DNA from: Anaerolineae bacterium
Lineage (GTDB): Bacteria > Chloroflexota > Anaerolineae > Anaerolineales > UBA4823
NCBI GenBank assembly: GCA_041479245.1
Contig: JBGOXS010000001.1
Location: 77,647-141,646 of the forward strand
Direction of reading: 5' to 3'
DNA: 64,000 nt
Shown here: positions 54,881-64,000 of the stretch, piece after piece
How positions within the stretch are numbered: the stretch's first letter is position 1
How the letters are laid out: each line of letters opens with the position of its first letter
Translations under genes and position numbers: made by a program
The notes under the pieces: generated by a model
What the model was told of the DNA's origin: nothing
Seen by the model: the letters and a program-made list of their open reading frames with translations, nothing else
The model's database searches: none

Positions 54881-56485
54881 TTATTTCATATAGTCTGACC
54901 ACCGGTCAAGCCAGCGTCTTTCTACCAGGCGGGTATCTTCCTCAGACATCCGCCTGGTTGCTTCTTCGAATGAGATTGAGTTGCCCATCACCGGCTGTGA
55001 ATAATTTTCTCCCTCATAATTGATCAGCGACTCATTCGAGCGCATCTCCATGCTGCCCTGAGTATAAAACAGGCAGGTTGCACGGTCTCCTTTCTCAAGC
55101 TGCAGCTCATCCCCGATCGACTTAAACGCGATGGCATGTGGTCCGTTGAATTTCATCGCGTCTGCAGCGCAAAATAGAGCGATGCCTCCGTATGGCATCT
55201 CCAGCTTGCGGTGTCTGCCTGCCACCACTACTCCTCCCCGCATTACTGACCCTAGGTCTGTGATGGTCGTATCGACCAGCAGCGAATCGCGGATATCCGC
55301 TCCTGTGGCGATAGAGCTGCGTACAATAATATTCCCTCTGCGGTCGCGTTCATGCGGCAGCTGGAACAGCTCTCGCAGGGTTATACCTTGCTCCGAATCC
55401 GTGGTCATAGCTTCCAATGAGCGCCTCAAGCTGAGGTGCAGCCCCCAATCCATCCAGAACGGTTGGCCGAAATCCAGAACCTTGATCATCGGCTGCCTAC
55501 CGTGCCGCTTGTGGAAAAGGGTCCGCATTTCTTCGATTTTATGGTAAAAATTCGGCAGGCGCATCTCCAGCTCACGGATCCCGTTTTTACCGATCTGCTG
55601 TTCAAAGGCTGCTTCTGCGCTCCACTCTGCTTCGCTCCGGCAGGCTAATGCAATCCAGGTATACGGGTCCCAATCCACCCACTTACCTTCTGCGGGAACC
55701 TCCTCCTTAAAGACCTCTTCAGCCACTTCCATCAAGCGGTAGCTGATCCCCAGACTGCCAAGGTTGACACCGATCAGCCTGTCCTGCCCACGGCCTGCTA
55801 ACCTCTTTCGCAGTCCATCCAGTGCTTGCCTGGTGAACTGGTAGGTCATTTGGTAGGTACGAGCGTCGAACTCCACCCACTCCTTCTCACGTGCCAGGTC
55901 TTCGGTGGGCTCCGTCTGCCACACAAAACGGATCCCATCGACGTCCTCGTAACTGGTAGCACCGTCGGCCCAGATTTTCCCCGGGATGACTGCCTCATCT
56001 CCCCATTTGATCACCATGCCGCGGAAGCCATTGGTTTCCAAGTGGTGCAGCCACAGCGTGGCAGACATGGAAGCTGCATCCACCGTACAAAGGAATACCT
56101 CTCCATTGGAGGCACACATCGGCGTCGGAAATGCTGGCTTTCGGTTCGTCAGCGCCTGTGTGAATGGGCTCAACCGCTTACCCTGCCCAAACACCATGTT
56201 CATCAAAATCACCGGCGGTTTTGCCTTACCCTGCAGGGCTTGCTGTATCGCCAGCCAGGCATTGACGCTGCCCAAGAAATTGCCCTTCCGGGATGTCTCC
56301 TGGCTGGAGATGATCATCGTATCCCCATCAGCCCTGAATACATCCTGGGCTGTCTTCTGCAGTCTGTCTTGCCAGTAATCCCGGTCTGCTGTGCTACCCG
56401 AGACCACGCTGACTACTCTGGGTCCCTGGTTTGTCTCAATGATGTCGCGGTACTTGCGGATATTGGTTTGCCACATCTCAGACAT
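54881..56485 (-). CDS. Hypothetical cytoplasmic protein (possibly fucokinase-N-terminal-like sugar-nucleotidyltransferase with a beta-helix C-terminus)
   Basis: 534-aa ORF. The N-terminus RVVSVVSGSTADRDYWQDRL...SRKGNFLGSVNAWLAIQQAL loosely resembles the start of fucokinase/FKP-type proteins as I remember them. This is a weak call. Confidence 0.35.
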   Translation of the reverse strand: MSEMWQTNIRKYRDIIETNQGPRVVSVVSGSTADRDYWQDRLQKTAQDVFRADGDTMIISSQETSRKGNFLGSVNAWLAIQQALQGKAKPPVILMNMVFGQGKRLSPFTQALTNRKPAFPTPMCASNGEVFLCTVDAASMSATLWLHHLETNGFRGMVIKWGDEAVIPGKIWADGATSYEDVDGIRFVWQTEPTEDLAREKEWVEFDARTYQMTYQFTRQALDGLRKRLAGRGQDRLIGVNLGSLGISYRLMEVAEEVFKEEVPAEGKWVDWDPYTWIALACRSEAEWSAEAAFEQQIGKNGIRELEMRLPNFYHKIEEMRTLFHKRHGRQPMIKVLDFGQPFWMDWGLHLSLRRSLEAMTTDSEQGITLRELFQLPHERDRRGNIIVRSSIATGADIRDSLLVDTTITDLGSVMRGGVVVAGRHRKLEMPYGGIALFCAADAMKFNGPHAIAFKSIGDELQLEKGDRATCLFYTQGSMEMRSNESLINYEGENYSQPVMGNSISFEEATRRMSEEDTRLVERRWLDRWSDYMK

Positions 56486-56714
56486 TTTTTCTTTCCCTCT
56501 CCCTACGTTAAAAATGCCTGATAATTATAACCCCCATAAGTTCAGCTTTTTACGAGAAAATATTGGTAAATAATTAATCTTCCTAAGTTGCGTAAAGTCT
56601 ATCATCTTTCTGGCAGAAGGCTTCTTCCAATCGTGCTGTTTATTGATTGGAAGCTATGACCAATTGTCATGTTAAGCACCCGCCATATCCTGTCCTTCTG
56701 CAGGTTGAATAACT

Positions 56715-57494
56715 TCAAGCTTTCTTCCCCGTGACTGAAAATAATTCATCTTCCGCAGAGGCTGGATGGAGGGTGAACCCTTTATAGATGAAAATATCCA
56801 CGAGCCCCGCATTCATATAGAGATCACGGGCTTGTTGTTGAGTATATTCCCTGGTGGCAGAAGAACGTTTGTGGTGCTCCTCAGCAATGATGACTTCGTC
56901 CTTCAGTAATTCAAACCGGTCTTCGGTATGCTCTAATTGGGTTTCCGGGTCATACCGGCTACGAGTCCAGCGTTTAATCAGTACCCCGTCATCAGGTCGT
57001 ACTTTTTCTCCGTTGAGGTGCCAGGAGCTTAAGAGCGGTTCACCACGCCTCCAAAGCAGCATGAAAGGCATCACCAGGCTTCCACCGGGTAGCAAGTGTG
57101 CACGCAGATTCAAGATCGCTTTGTTCGCATCCTCAGGGTCCAATACCAGCTGGAAGCTGCTGGATGGGACGATGATCGTCCGGTAGCATCGTGGCAAATG
57201 CATGGAGACCACGTCGCTCTCAAACACTATCGGCTTAAGCTGCATCGAATCAGCTTTCTGGCGGCACAAATCAAGCATTTCAGGGGATATATCCACCCCA
57301 TCCACATCTACAACCTGAGAGAGGTAATCCAGCAACAGTCTTCCAGTCCCGCAGCCCACGTCGAGCGCAGGCTGACCTGATTCACGGATCATCTCCAGGT
57401 AAAAGACACGGTCCTCCCAGCCCGAGGTATCGCCGCGTAGGAGATCCCATGTGTGCGCCAACATTCCATGATACTCATACTTCGGTTCTGCCAT
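56715..57494 (-). CDS. Class I SAM-dependent methyltransferase
   Basis: Motif I ALDVGCGTGRLLLDYL, a post-I acidic residue (VDGVDIS), and LLPGGSLVM. Its start overlaps the ecfT stop region by 20 nt. Confidence 0.85.
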   Translation of the reverse strand: MAEPKYEYHGMLAHTWDLLRGDTSGWEDRVFYLEMIRESGQPALDVGCGTGRLLLDYLSQVVDVDGVDISPEMLDLCRQKADSMQLKPIVFESDVVSMHLPRCYRTIIVPSSSFQLVLDPEDANKAILNLRAHLLPGGSLVMPFMLLWRRGEPLLSSWHLNGEKVRPDDGVLIKRWTRSRYDPETQLEHTEDRFELLKDEVIIAEEHHKRSSATREYTQQQARDLYMNAGLVDIFIYKGFTLHPASAEDELFSVTGKKA

Positions 57495-58560
57495 GGGACG
57501 CCCTCCTGCGTGCTTTCAAATCAAGCTTTTCATGGGTTGATTTAAAATGCGCAAATACCCCAGGCAGCAGCAATCCAAGCATCGCCATCCCAAGCAGCGG
57601 GCTGAAAGGGGGCAAGCTGAGAGTTGGGTAAGGATCATAGAATAAGGTCTGATTAATCGGCTCCAGCATAGGGAGAATACAAATAGCCATTACAACCAGC
57701 GATACCAGCATGTTCAGCCAGTCCTGCCAACCCCACCCTGGGCTGTGATATGACGTGCGCGGTGATTCTCTCCCCAGGAACCACAATCCCCCAAAAATCA
57801 ATAGTGCTCCTGAGACGATTATAGCCAATCCATACACACCCGCGCCACCCAGCTGTGCAATCCATCCAATCGCCAGCAGAACCAGCCCGATGATTAAGAA
57901 AATCCGGGGGGTAATTCCGCCGCGCTGTTCGCCAGGTCTCGTGCTGGCAAACCCACGCGCCGTCATAGCTTCAGCCAGCTGCATGGCGTGTTCGAGCCCG
58001 CCCACCAACAAGGGCATCCATAGCGGCAGCCAATCCCGCAGCGTCCGCATTTGGTGACCCCGTATACCCTGCGCTTCGCGGATTTGTCTGAATTGGCGTA
58101 AGGTGGTAGGCAGGTAGGTGACTGCAATCGACGTCACCACTGCCAGGGGGAAGAACGCTTGTGGGATCAGGCTGATCAGTTCACGTACGGTGAGTGCCAG
58201 GTTCAGCACCATGAAGCTCGCCAGTATACCGGTAAGTACCAGCCCATTCGTAAATCCATACACCATGGCTTCCATCGTCACTGGTCCGCTTAGAAGCGGC
58301 AACTTGCCTGGGATAGTGAACAGCACCGTCTGGCCATAGTGCGAGGTCAGGGCATTGAACGCCGTGGATAACAGAAGGATCCATGCAGCCAATTTCCATA
58401 ACGAATATGGGCTGACCGTCTCCGCTCCTGACTGCCGCAGGCTCATTCCAACAAAGATCACGCACATCAGGATGAGCAGCAGGTACAGCGGGTTACGTGT
58501 GATCGAAAGGATCACGATCGTTGCAATCAACCAGCTTACCCACGCCCAGGGTTGTTTCAT
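57475..58560 (-). CDS. ecfT: ECF transporter transmembrane (T) component, CbiQ/EcfT family
   Basis: Multi-TM protein with the coupling-helix Ala-Arg-Gly motif (LAEAMTARGF) and REAQGIRG. It overlaps the upstream S-component gene by 4 nt. Confidence 0.8.
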   Translation of the reverse strand: MKQPWAWVSWLIATIVILSITRNPLYLLLILMCVIFVGMSLRQSGAETVSPYSLWKLAAWILLLSTAFNALTSHYGQTVLFTIPGKLPLLSGPVTMEAMVYGFTNGLVLTGILASFMVLNLALTVRELISLIPQAFFPLAVVTSIAVTYLPTTLRQFRQIREAQGIRGHQMRTLRDWLPLWMPLLVGGLEHAMQLAEAMTARGFASTRPGEQRGGITPRIFLIIGLVLLAIGWIAQLGGAGVYGLAIIVSGALLIFGGLWFLGRESPRTSYHSPGWGWQDWLNMLVSLVVMAICILPMLEPINQTLFYDPYPTLSLPPFSPLLGMAMLGLLLPGVFAHFKSTHEKLDLKARRRASHGRTEV

Positions 58561-59429
58561 GGGATCAATTTATCTCCCTGCCTGACTGTAACCGCGCTTG
58601 TCTCGGGTGTGTATGTGAACTCGAAACGATGGCGGAATCGGCGTAATGCGCGTAATGCCGGTGCCCCAAGCGCCAATAACAACAGCACGTTCCCAAAGGC
58701 AGCTACTGCATCCCATACCAGTGAGGTGACCAGGTAGAAAGCCAGGTAGTGACGCACGGTCGCCAGGAATCCCATCCCGGCAGCATAAGATTGACTTTGC
58801 GGTCCAGCGATGAACGGCCACTGCCACAGATTCATAATCCCGCCATATAAGAAGCCCCACAGCAATCCAAAACCAGCCAGCAGGTAGATTTCCATCCGAT
58901 TGCTTAAGAAGGATCCCTGCGCTCTCCTTGCCGATAACGCGGTGACCAATGGCCGTAGGATGATGACACTCATACCCACCCAACCGGCAGTGAACATCTG
59001 GGCCGGCAGCCATGGTCCCACACCTCCTGTCACCAGCGCTGATACCAGCAAGGTGAGAGCACCCATCAGAAATCCCGCTCTGCCGCCGAAAACGTACCCC
59101 ACCAGGATGATCAAGAAAAAGATGGGAGTAAATCCACCCGGTCCCGGAATAGCCGTCTCGATAAATCGCAGAGCAGAGTTGATCGCCACCAAAATCCCCA
59201 GCAGAGCGACTAGCTTGGTGTTTACCATCTGTCCCTGGGCTTCGAACAACAGTGCCACCAGGCACAAGCCTAGCAAGAATGTCATCATCAGCGGCATCTC
59301 GCCTGTTCGCATCATACCAAATCCCGTCTGCCGTAGGATGACCGGCAGAAAGAATGGATATAGCAGAACCAGCATCCCTGAGATTGTGGCGGTGAGATAA
59401 ATCGCCAGGCTGAACAAACGGGATTTCAT
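58557..59429 (-). CDS. Polytopic membrane protein, probable ECF substrate-capture (S) component
   Basis: 290 aa with 7-8 hydrophobic segments. Placed between the transcobalamin-like gene and ecfT in one tightly packed operon. The assignment rests on context rather than on a motif. Confidence 0.55.
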   Translation of the reverse strand: MKSRLFSLAIYLTATISGMLVLLYPFFLPVILRQTGFGMMRTGEMPLMMTFLLGLCLVALLFEAQGQMVNTKLVALLGILVAINSALRFIETAIPGPGGFTPIFFLIILVGYVFGGRAGFLMGALTLLVSALVTGGVGPWLPAQMFTAGWVGMSVIILRPLVTALSARRAQGSFLSNRMEIYLLAGFGLLWGFLYGGIMNLWQWPFIAGPQSQSYAAGMGFLATVRHYLAFYLVTSLVWDAVAAFGNVLLLLALGAPALRALRRFRHRFEFTYTPETSAVTVRQGDKLIP

Positions 59430-59474
59430 TGGACGCTTAGTCCTCTAGACCGGCAGACATCGGGTAAATCGCCA

Positions 59475-61070
59475 TCATTTCCTGCGCGAGCGGAACAGGT
59501 AGATGATCAGCACACCCAGTACCAGCAGGATTGAAGCATACACTATATAACTGCCCGGTGTATTTCGCGATCCTGCAGGCACTGGTGTTGCGATTGGAGG
59601 TAGTGTGGCTGAGGCGATCGTCGCTACCGCGGTGGGCTCCGGAGTGCCTGTTGGAGGGGCTGAAGTTTGAGTTGAAGTGGGCAGAACGATCGCCATGCCC
59701 TCGCAGGTGTTCTGGAAAGTGATCAATGCCGGCGGATTTCCCGTCCCCCAGCTCCAGGCATTCACGGCGCCATCCGTCACCTTGGCCTGGTCGGCACCCG
59801 TCACGGAATACTCCCAACCGTTCGCACCCATTTGCCAGTACGACCAGTAATTCGGCATACTGCCAAAGCAGTCGCTGGATGGGCTGCCCACCCCATCAAT
59901 TTTACACACCGCTGTCCCCTTGTTAGGGTCAGTCGCGGTTTGAATCGCCAGATCTGAGCGCTCAAGCAGCTGCAGTCCGGTTAGTGCGCTATCGGTAAAG
60001 CTCACGCAGGTGGTGAAATAGCTGTCCTCCCCGTAATAGATCACCAGTCCGGCTTGATGGTTGGCTGACGGGTTTGCCAGGTTGGTAAGTGGGATTCCCA
60101 CAAGCCCAATAATTGCTTCGGCGGTGCTGTAAGCGTTGGCGTAGGTACCACCGATTGATCCATCCGGCTTCTGCAAGCTCATCAGTGCATCCAATGGGTT
60201 GGCTAGCTTCGTGTTCCAGCTTTGACCACGGATATCTTCTCCTGCGGAGATCAATGCTTCCAGGATCCATCCGGTTGAATCGGCATTGAGTGGGTCGGTA
60301 TCCCAGGAAGGCTTCCAGCCACCGCTGGGTGCCTGCGTGTCATGAAAATATTGGATCGCTCTCTTGATGACTTCACCCTGATTGGTCACATTCCCGCTTG
60401 CCATCAGGGCGCTTACTGCCAGAGCAGTCGTATCTGGGTCACCTGCTCCCCAGCTGCCATCGCTAGCTTGGGATTGGATCATGTAATTGACCGCGGATTC
60501 AGGTACTTTACGACCATCGATGCCAAGCCCCAGAGTAGCCCATGCCTGGCTCAGGTCGCTGGCAGCGCCGCTGCTGAATTCTGACTTGGCTGTGGTGCTA
60601 TAGGCGCCAGTATCAGGGTGGAAACTCGTTTCCAGCTCTCCTGCCAGATTCATCCCTCCGAAACCTGAGGCATCTTCGCCCGCAAGCTTGACTGCCGCAA
60701 TAAGCAGGCCCGCCCGACCAGGGAATAATGTGCCCGTTGTATCATGGGTGAACGTGATTGCCTGTGCTGCCAGGTAATCCAGCATTGAGTTACCCGCTGA
60801 GGAAGCCATTTCACGCGGCGATTTCCCCGCTGCGTTGAATGCGATCACGCTTCTGGCGGTCATGTCGGGGTCGGATACACCGCTGAAACCATTCATGCCC
60901 CCATCTGGCTGTTGCTGGGTCTGAAGGTAAGTAATCCCTGATTCAATCACAGCCGCCTGATTTGGGACGGCCTTGGCTTGTGCTGTGCCATATTGGAATA
61001 AGAGTAGCAATCCTATGACCAAAAATAGACCACTGGAAAATGAAATAAACACTGCGATCTTTTTTCTCAT
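59475..61070 (-). CDS. Membrane-anchored transcobalamin-like protein: prenyltransferase/alpha-alpha-toroid repeats + DUF4430 (transcobalamin-like C-terminal) domain + C-terminal TM anchor
   Basis: N-terminal signal/TM. The QxxDGGW-type repeats are LQTQQQPDGGMNGF, QSQASDGSWG, HDTQAPSGGWKP and LQKPDGSIGG. The DUF4430-like block is CKIDGVGSPSSDCFGSMPNYWSYWQMGANGWEYSVTGADQAKVTDGAVNAWSWG. A Pro/Thr linker and the TM anchor IVYASILLVLGVLIIYLFRSRRK follow. Confidence 0.7.
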   Translation of the reverse strand: MRKKIAVFISFSSGLFLVIGLLLLFQYGTAQAKAVPNQAAVIESGITYLQTQQQPDGGMNGFSGVSDPDMTARSVIAFNAAGKSPREMASSAGNSMLDYLAAQAITFTHDTTGTLFPGRAGLLIAAVKLAGEDASGFGGMNLAGELETSFHPDTGAYSTTAKSEFSSGAASDLSQAWATLGLGIDGRKVPESAVNYMIQSQASDGSWGAGDPDTTALAVSALMASGNVTNQGEVIKRAIQYFHDTQAPSGGWKPSWDTDPLNADSTGWILEALISAGEDIRGQSWNTKLANPLDALMSLQKPDGSIGGTYANAYSTAEAIIGLVGIPLTNLANPSANHQAGLVIYYGEDSYFTTCVSFTDSALTGLQLLERSDLAIQTATDPNKGTAVCKIDGVGSPSSDCFGSMPNYWSYWQMGANGWEYSVTGADQAKVTDGAVNAWSWGTGNPPALITFQNTCEGMAIVLPTSTQTSAPPTGTPEPTAVATIASATLPPIATPVPAGSRNTPGSYIVYASILLVLGVLIIYLFRSRRK

Positions 61071-61100
61071 AATGTACTCCTGATTCGACCTTAAAATTAT

Positions 61101-61134
61101 AAAAACAAAACCCCTGTCGCTTTTTGGACAGGGG
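61101..61134 (-). terminator. Intrinsic terminator forming the putative riboswitch expression platform
   Basis: The minus strand reads cccctgtc-caaaaagc-gacagggg-ttttgttttt, about 30 nt upstream of the RBS (ggagtacattATG) of the 59475-61070 gene. Confidence 0.75.
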
Positions 61135-61139
61135 TGAAA

Positions 61140-61346
61140 ATCATGCGGGCGGGGATAAGCATGCGTTCACATCTCCTATGAGCGAGGCGGTGGTGAACCC
61201 AACTTGGGCGGGCGACCTGGCTGGGGAATAGATCCCTTACAGTTGCGCTACAGCGCCGGACTATGTACCAACTTCAATTACCGGCTTCGCCTTTAAGCCA
61301 TCCCATCCGGGGGATATGGCACTCAAGCTGGAAAATATTCAATTGT
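61140..61346 (-). promoter_or_regulatory. Candidate cobalamin (B12) riboswitch aptamer
   Basis: The minus strand contains AAAGGCGAAGCCGGTAA...TCCGGCGCTGTAGCGCAACTGTAAGGG (compare the consensus GGGAAnnnGGTGnAAnnCC...CCGCnACTGTAA). It also contains the B12-box-like AGCCAGGTCGCCCGCC (plus 61207-22). It lies between a promoter and a terminator upstream of a B12-binding-type gene. Confidence 0.65.
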
Positions 61347-61352
61347 GAACAT

Positions 61353-61381
61353 ATTTTATACCGCTAAGATAGTTGCGTCAA
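61353..61381 (-). promoter_or_regulatory. Sigma-70-type promoter driving the riboswitch operon
   Basis: On the minus strand: TTGACG (plus 61376-81), a 17-nt spacer, then TAAAAT (plus 61353-58). Confidence 0.55.
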
Positions 61382-61459
61382 GCTGTTATTACTTATTTAT
61401 AGGAATAACAATCGTCCAATATAATCCTGCGTTGTTTTACCATAAAGCGCGATACCTTT

Positions 61460-62035
61460 CTATGACTTGTGCGTATGTTTCTTACTCACCAGGTCAGCAG
61501 CGGCGAAACCTGCCGATAACGCCGACTTATTCATCTCTTCGGTACCTTTCGGAGCCCGCGCTGCTACCGCCTGGGTGATCGCCTGCCGTGAAACGACGTC
61601 GGTGAGTCCCACCAGCACCCCTAGGGCAACTACATTCGCCGTTATGCTTTTACCGCTGCTCTCTTGTGCTAATCGTGTGATCGGCACCTTGATCGCCCGG
61701 CTGGATGGCACCCTACCCACTCTTTCCTGATCCACGATCAACAAGCCGTCCTTCTTCAGGTTACCGGCATATTTATCGCAGGCTTCCTGGCTCATCGCCA
61801 CCAATACATCCGCAACGATCACCTCCGGGTGGTCGATCTCACCCTGTGAAATCACCACCTCGGCTTTACTGGCTCCACCACGAGCCTCTGGTCCATAGCT
61901 CTGGGTTTGGGTGGCATTCTTGTTATCATAGATTGCCGCTGCTTCTGCCAGGATAATGCCTGCAAGGATCATCCCTTGACCGCCCTCACCCGCTAGCCTG
62001 ATTTCCATCCGATTACCGTTCTTCTTGGTCGCCAT
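61460..62035 (-). CDS. 2-oxoacid:ferredoxin oxidoreductase gamma subunit
   Basis: MEIRLAGEGGQGMILAGIILAEAA... is the typical POR/KOR gamma N-terminus. It follows the beta subunit. Confidence 0.88.
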   Translation of the reverse strand: MATKKNGNRMEIRLAGEGGQGMILAGIILAEAAAIYDNKNATQTQSYGPEARGGASKAEVVISQGEIDHPEVIVADVLVAMSQEACDKYAGNLKKDGLLIVDQERVGRVPSSRAIKVPITRLAQESSGKSITANVVALGVLVGLTDVVSRQAITQAVAARAPKGTEEMNKSALSAGFAAADLVSKKHTHKS

Positions 62036-62052
62036 TGATCGTCTCCTTCGGG

Positions 62053-62901
62053 CTATACCGGTTTGGGAGCCTGGGCTGCCTGTACTCTTTGGATTAACTC
62101 TTCATACTGTTCGGTGTATTCCGGCTTTTCGATGTCGTGCATAACCCCGCGCACAATTTTCGTTTCACGCTCTTCAGGAGACAATTTCTCGGCCGCACTG
62201 GCAGTGACGCTGTTTTCCTTCAGCTGACGCATCATATCTACCGTGGAGCCGAGTTTGTTCATCCTGCCGAAAGTCGTCGGGCAGTAGCTCACTGCTTCCA
62301 CCAGGCTGAAGCCATTCTTGCGAATTGCCTGTTCAATGAACCGGTCTAGCTCGACCGCATGATAGACCGTGCTGCGCGCCACATACGTTGCCCCGGCCGC
62401 TTTTGCTAGCTCGCAAATAGGCATAGGGGGTTCAATATTGCCATAAGGTGCCGTCGCAGCCTTTGCGCCGATGGGTGTTGTTGGGCTGTACTGCCCTCCC
62501 GTCATCCCATAGATGTTATTGTTGACAACAATGGCTGTGATACCAATATTCCGCCGGGCGGCATGGATAAAATGATTGCCGCCAATGGCCATGGCATCCC
62601 CATCCCCCATAATGGTGATCACTTTCATCTTCGGTTTGGCGATTTTTAGCCCCGTTGCGAACGCCAACGCCCGGCCATGTGTGGTGTGGATGGTGTTGAA
62701 ATCCATATACACCGGCATGCGACCGGTGCAACCAATCCCCGAAACTAACGCTACATCATCCTTATCCAGCCCGATTCGGTCTATCGCTCTGATCAAAGCC
62801 CCCATCACGATGCCTATCCCACATCCGGCGCACCACACATTGGGGAACTTCTTGGTGGGTCGTAAGTACATATATTCGGTATGTTCAGCTTGTGTCGTCA
62901 T
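62053..62901 (-). CDS. 2-oxoacid:ferredoxin oxidoreductase beta subunit (TPP-binding)
   Basis: WCAGCGIGIV, SGIGCTGR and the TPP motif IMGDGDAMAIGGNHFIHAARRN. Confidence 0.9.
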   Translation of the reverse strand: MTTQAEHTEYMYLRPTKKFPNVWCAGCGIGIVMGALIRAIDRIGLDKDDVALVSGIGCTGRMPVYMDFNTIHTTHGRALAFATGLKIAKPKMKVITIMGDGDAMAIGGNHFIHAARRNIGITAIVVNNNIYGMTGGQYSPTTPIGAKAATAPYGNIEPPMPICELAKAAGATYVARSTVYHAVELDRFIEQAIRKNGFSLVEAVSYCPTTFGRMNKLGSTVDMMRQLKENSVTASAAEKLSPEERETKIVRGVMHDIEKPEYTEQYEELIQRVQAAQAPKPV

Positions 62902-62903
62902 AG

Positions 62904-64000
62904 TTACCTGTCTTCAATTGCTTCGAGGATCATTTGGGGTGTGACCATCTCACCGTTGGCTCGATTTACCCTTACCACCTTATTTCGCCCGGCAACCCGT
63001 TCCACCTCCAGGGCTATCTGACCCAGGTTCATTTCAGGGACGATAATCCGTTTGGCGGTTTTTGCCACCCGGCTGATCTCATCTTCAGCAAATGGCCATA
63101 AGGTCAGCAAGGTGACCATCCCGACCTTGGTGCGCCGCTGGCGTGCCATCTTGACCGCGTGACGTGCGCTGCGTGCCGATGCACCATAAGTGACTACGAC
63201 AGTCTTGTCATTTTCAGAACAATCCTCTTCAACCATAATGATCTCGTTTAGATTTCGCTCGATCTTGCGGTGCACCCGCTCGATCCAGGGATCAATCTCA
63301 TCCAGGCGTGTAGTTGGATAACCCAATACATCATGGAACAAGGCAGTGATATGGTAGCGGTATCCCTCGCCAAAATTCGCCATGGGTGGCACATCGCTCA
63401 ACGAATCACCATAGGGCTTGTACCATTCGGGTGGCACATCCGTCGCAATACGCTCCACTCGCTCAACCGTATCGAAATCTGGCAGCTCGATCTTCTCACG
63501 CATGTGTCCGATCACCTCATCGGTTAACAATATCACGGGTGTGCGGTATTTCTCAGAAAAATTAAAGGCCTTCACCGTCAGGTCAAACGACTGGCTGACC
63601 GACACCGGGCAGAGGACAATAATCGGATGGTCACCATGTGTGCCCCAGCGTGATTGCATTACGTCACCCTGCGAAGCGCTGGTAGGTTGCCCGGTGCTGG
63701 GTCCCAGACGTTGTACATCCACAACCACCACAGGCACCTCGGTCATGGCAGCATAACCGATATGCTCCTGCATCAGCGAAAATCCCGGGCCTGAAGTTGC
63801 CGTAAGCGATTTTAAACCCCCCACCGATGCGCCGATACAAGCCGCCAAGCTGGCAATCTCATCTTCCATCTGGATGAACTTCCCACCCACCTTGGGTAGT
63901 TCTCTAGATAACATCTCTGCAATTTCTGTGGAAGGGGTAATGGGGTAGCCAGCATAGAATTTACATCCCGCCGCAATCGCTCCCCACCCAACCGCTTCAT
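62904..64000 (-). CDS. 2-oxoacid:ferredoxin oxidoreductase alpha subunit (5' end outside window)
   Basis: The frame stays open past the track's Met at 63914. Upstream codons read ...EAVGWGAIAAGCKFYAGYPITPSTEIAEMLSRELPKVGGKFIQMEDEIASL, a classic KorA/PorA N-terminal region. Confidence 0.9.
   Translation of the reverse strand, partial: EAVGWGAIAAGCKFYAGYPITPSTEIAEMLSRELPKVGGKFIQMEDEIASLAACIGASVGGLKSLTATSGPGFSLMQEHIGYAAMTEVPVVVVDVQRLGPSTGQPTSASQGDVMQSRWGTHGDHPIIVLCPVSVSQSFDLTVKAFNFSEKYRTPVILLTDEVIGHMREKIELPDFDTVERVERIATDVPPEWYKPYGDSLSDVPPMANFGEGYRYHITALFHDVLGYPTTRLDEIDPWIERVHRKIERNLNEIIMVEEDCSENDKTVVVTYGASARSARHAVKMARQRRTKVGMVTLLTLWPFAEDEISRVAKTAKRIIVPEMNLGQIALEVERVAGRNKVVRVNRANGEMVTPQMILEAIEDR

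Noticed and set aside
1-64000. Search for CRISPR arrays, rRNA and tRNA genes, integrases or intact transposases, toxin-antitoxin pairs and known defence-system gene sets.
   Set aside because: I saw no regularly spaced short repeats, no rRNA- or tRNA-like structures and no intact recombinase or defence-signature proteins in any frame. The only mobile-element trace is a 31-codon transposase tail.

Overview
This is a 64 kb bacterial chromosomal window. I saw no rRNA, tRNA or CRISPR array. All protein names come from motifs read by eye in the supplied translations; no database or HMM search was possible. The gene content (very large secreted multidomain hydrolases, a GAF-SpoIIE phosphatase, an AAA-TPR NTPase, nuoABC, 2-oxoacid:ferredoxin oxidoreductase) suggests a Chloroflexota/Anaerolineae-like organism, but that is inference only.

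Layout:
- 1-16 kb: mostly core genes. These are nuoC'-nuoB-nuoA, rpoD, a GNAT gene sitting between dnaG and rpoD, dnaG, two tandem ArsR-DUF2087 regulators, a DUF711 protein, a kinase-like protein, a Tat-exported multicopper oxidase and a GAF-GAF-PP2C phosphatase.
- 16-27 kb: mixed small or uncharacterised genes, an effector-less AAA-TPR NTPase, a PQQ-like beta-propeller and comM/yifB.
- 27.4-29.5 kb: an AT-rich decayed patch downstream of comM. It holds a multiply disrupted HD-hydrolase pseudogene and two short comM-derived fragments.
- 29.5-54.9 kb: a neighbourhood of secreted hydrolases. It contains an S8/PA protease; a 1727-aa S8-Kelch-PKD protein whose catalytic Asp appears replaced and which is bracketed by ~465-bp direct repeats and an IS remnant; two >1190-aa nucleotidase/phosphodiesterase fusions with near-identical consensus promoters and long leaders; a PLC/AcpA-type phosphoesterase; HtrA; and an HExxH lipoprotein.
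- 56.7-61.4 kb: a candidate cobalamin-riboswitch-controlled operon encoding a membrane-anchored transcobalamin-like protein, an ECF S component, EcfT and a methyltransferase, with no ECF ATPase present.
- 61.5-64 kb: 2-oxoacid:ferredoxin oxidoreductase gamma, beta and alpha subunits (alpha runs off the window).

The observations I rate highest are the B12 operon, the apparently catalytically degenerate giant subtilase and its repeat-bracketed context, a shared short C-terminal tail on two giant exoproteins, STAB-SD-like boxes in long leaders, and the comM-adjacent decay zone.
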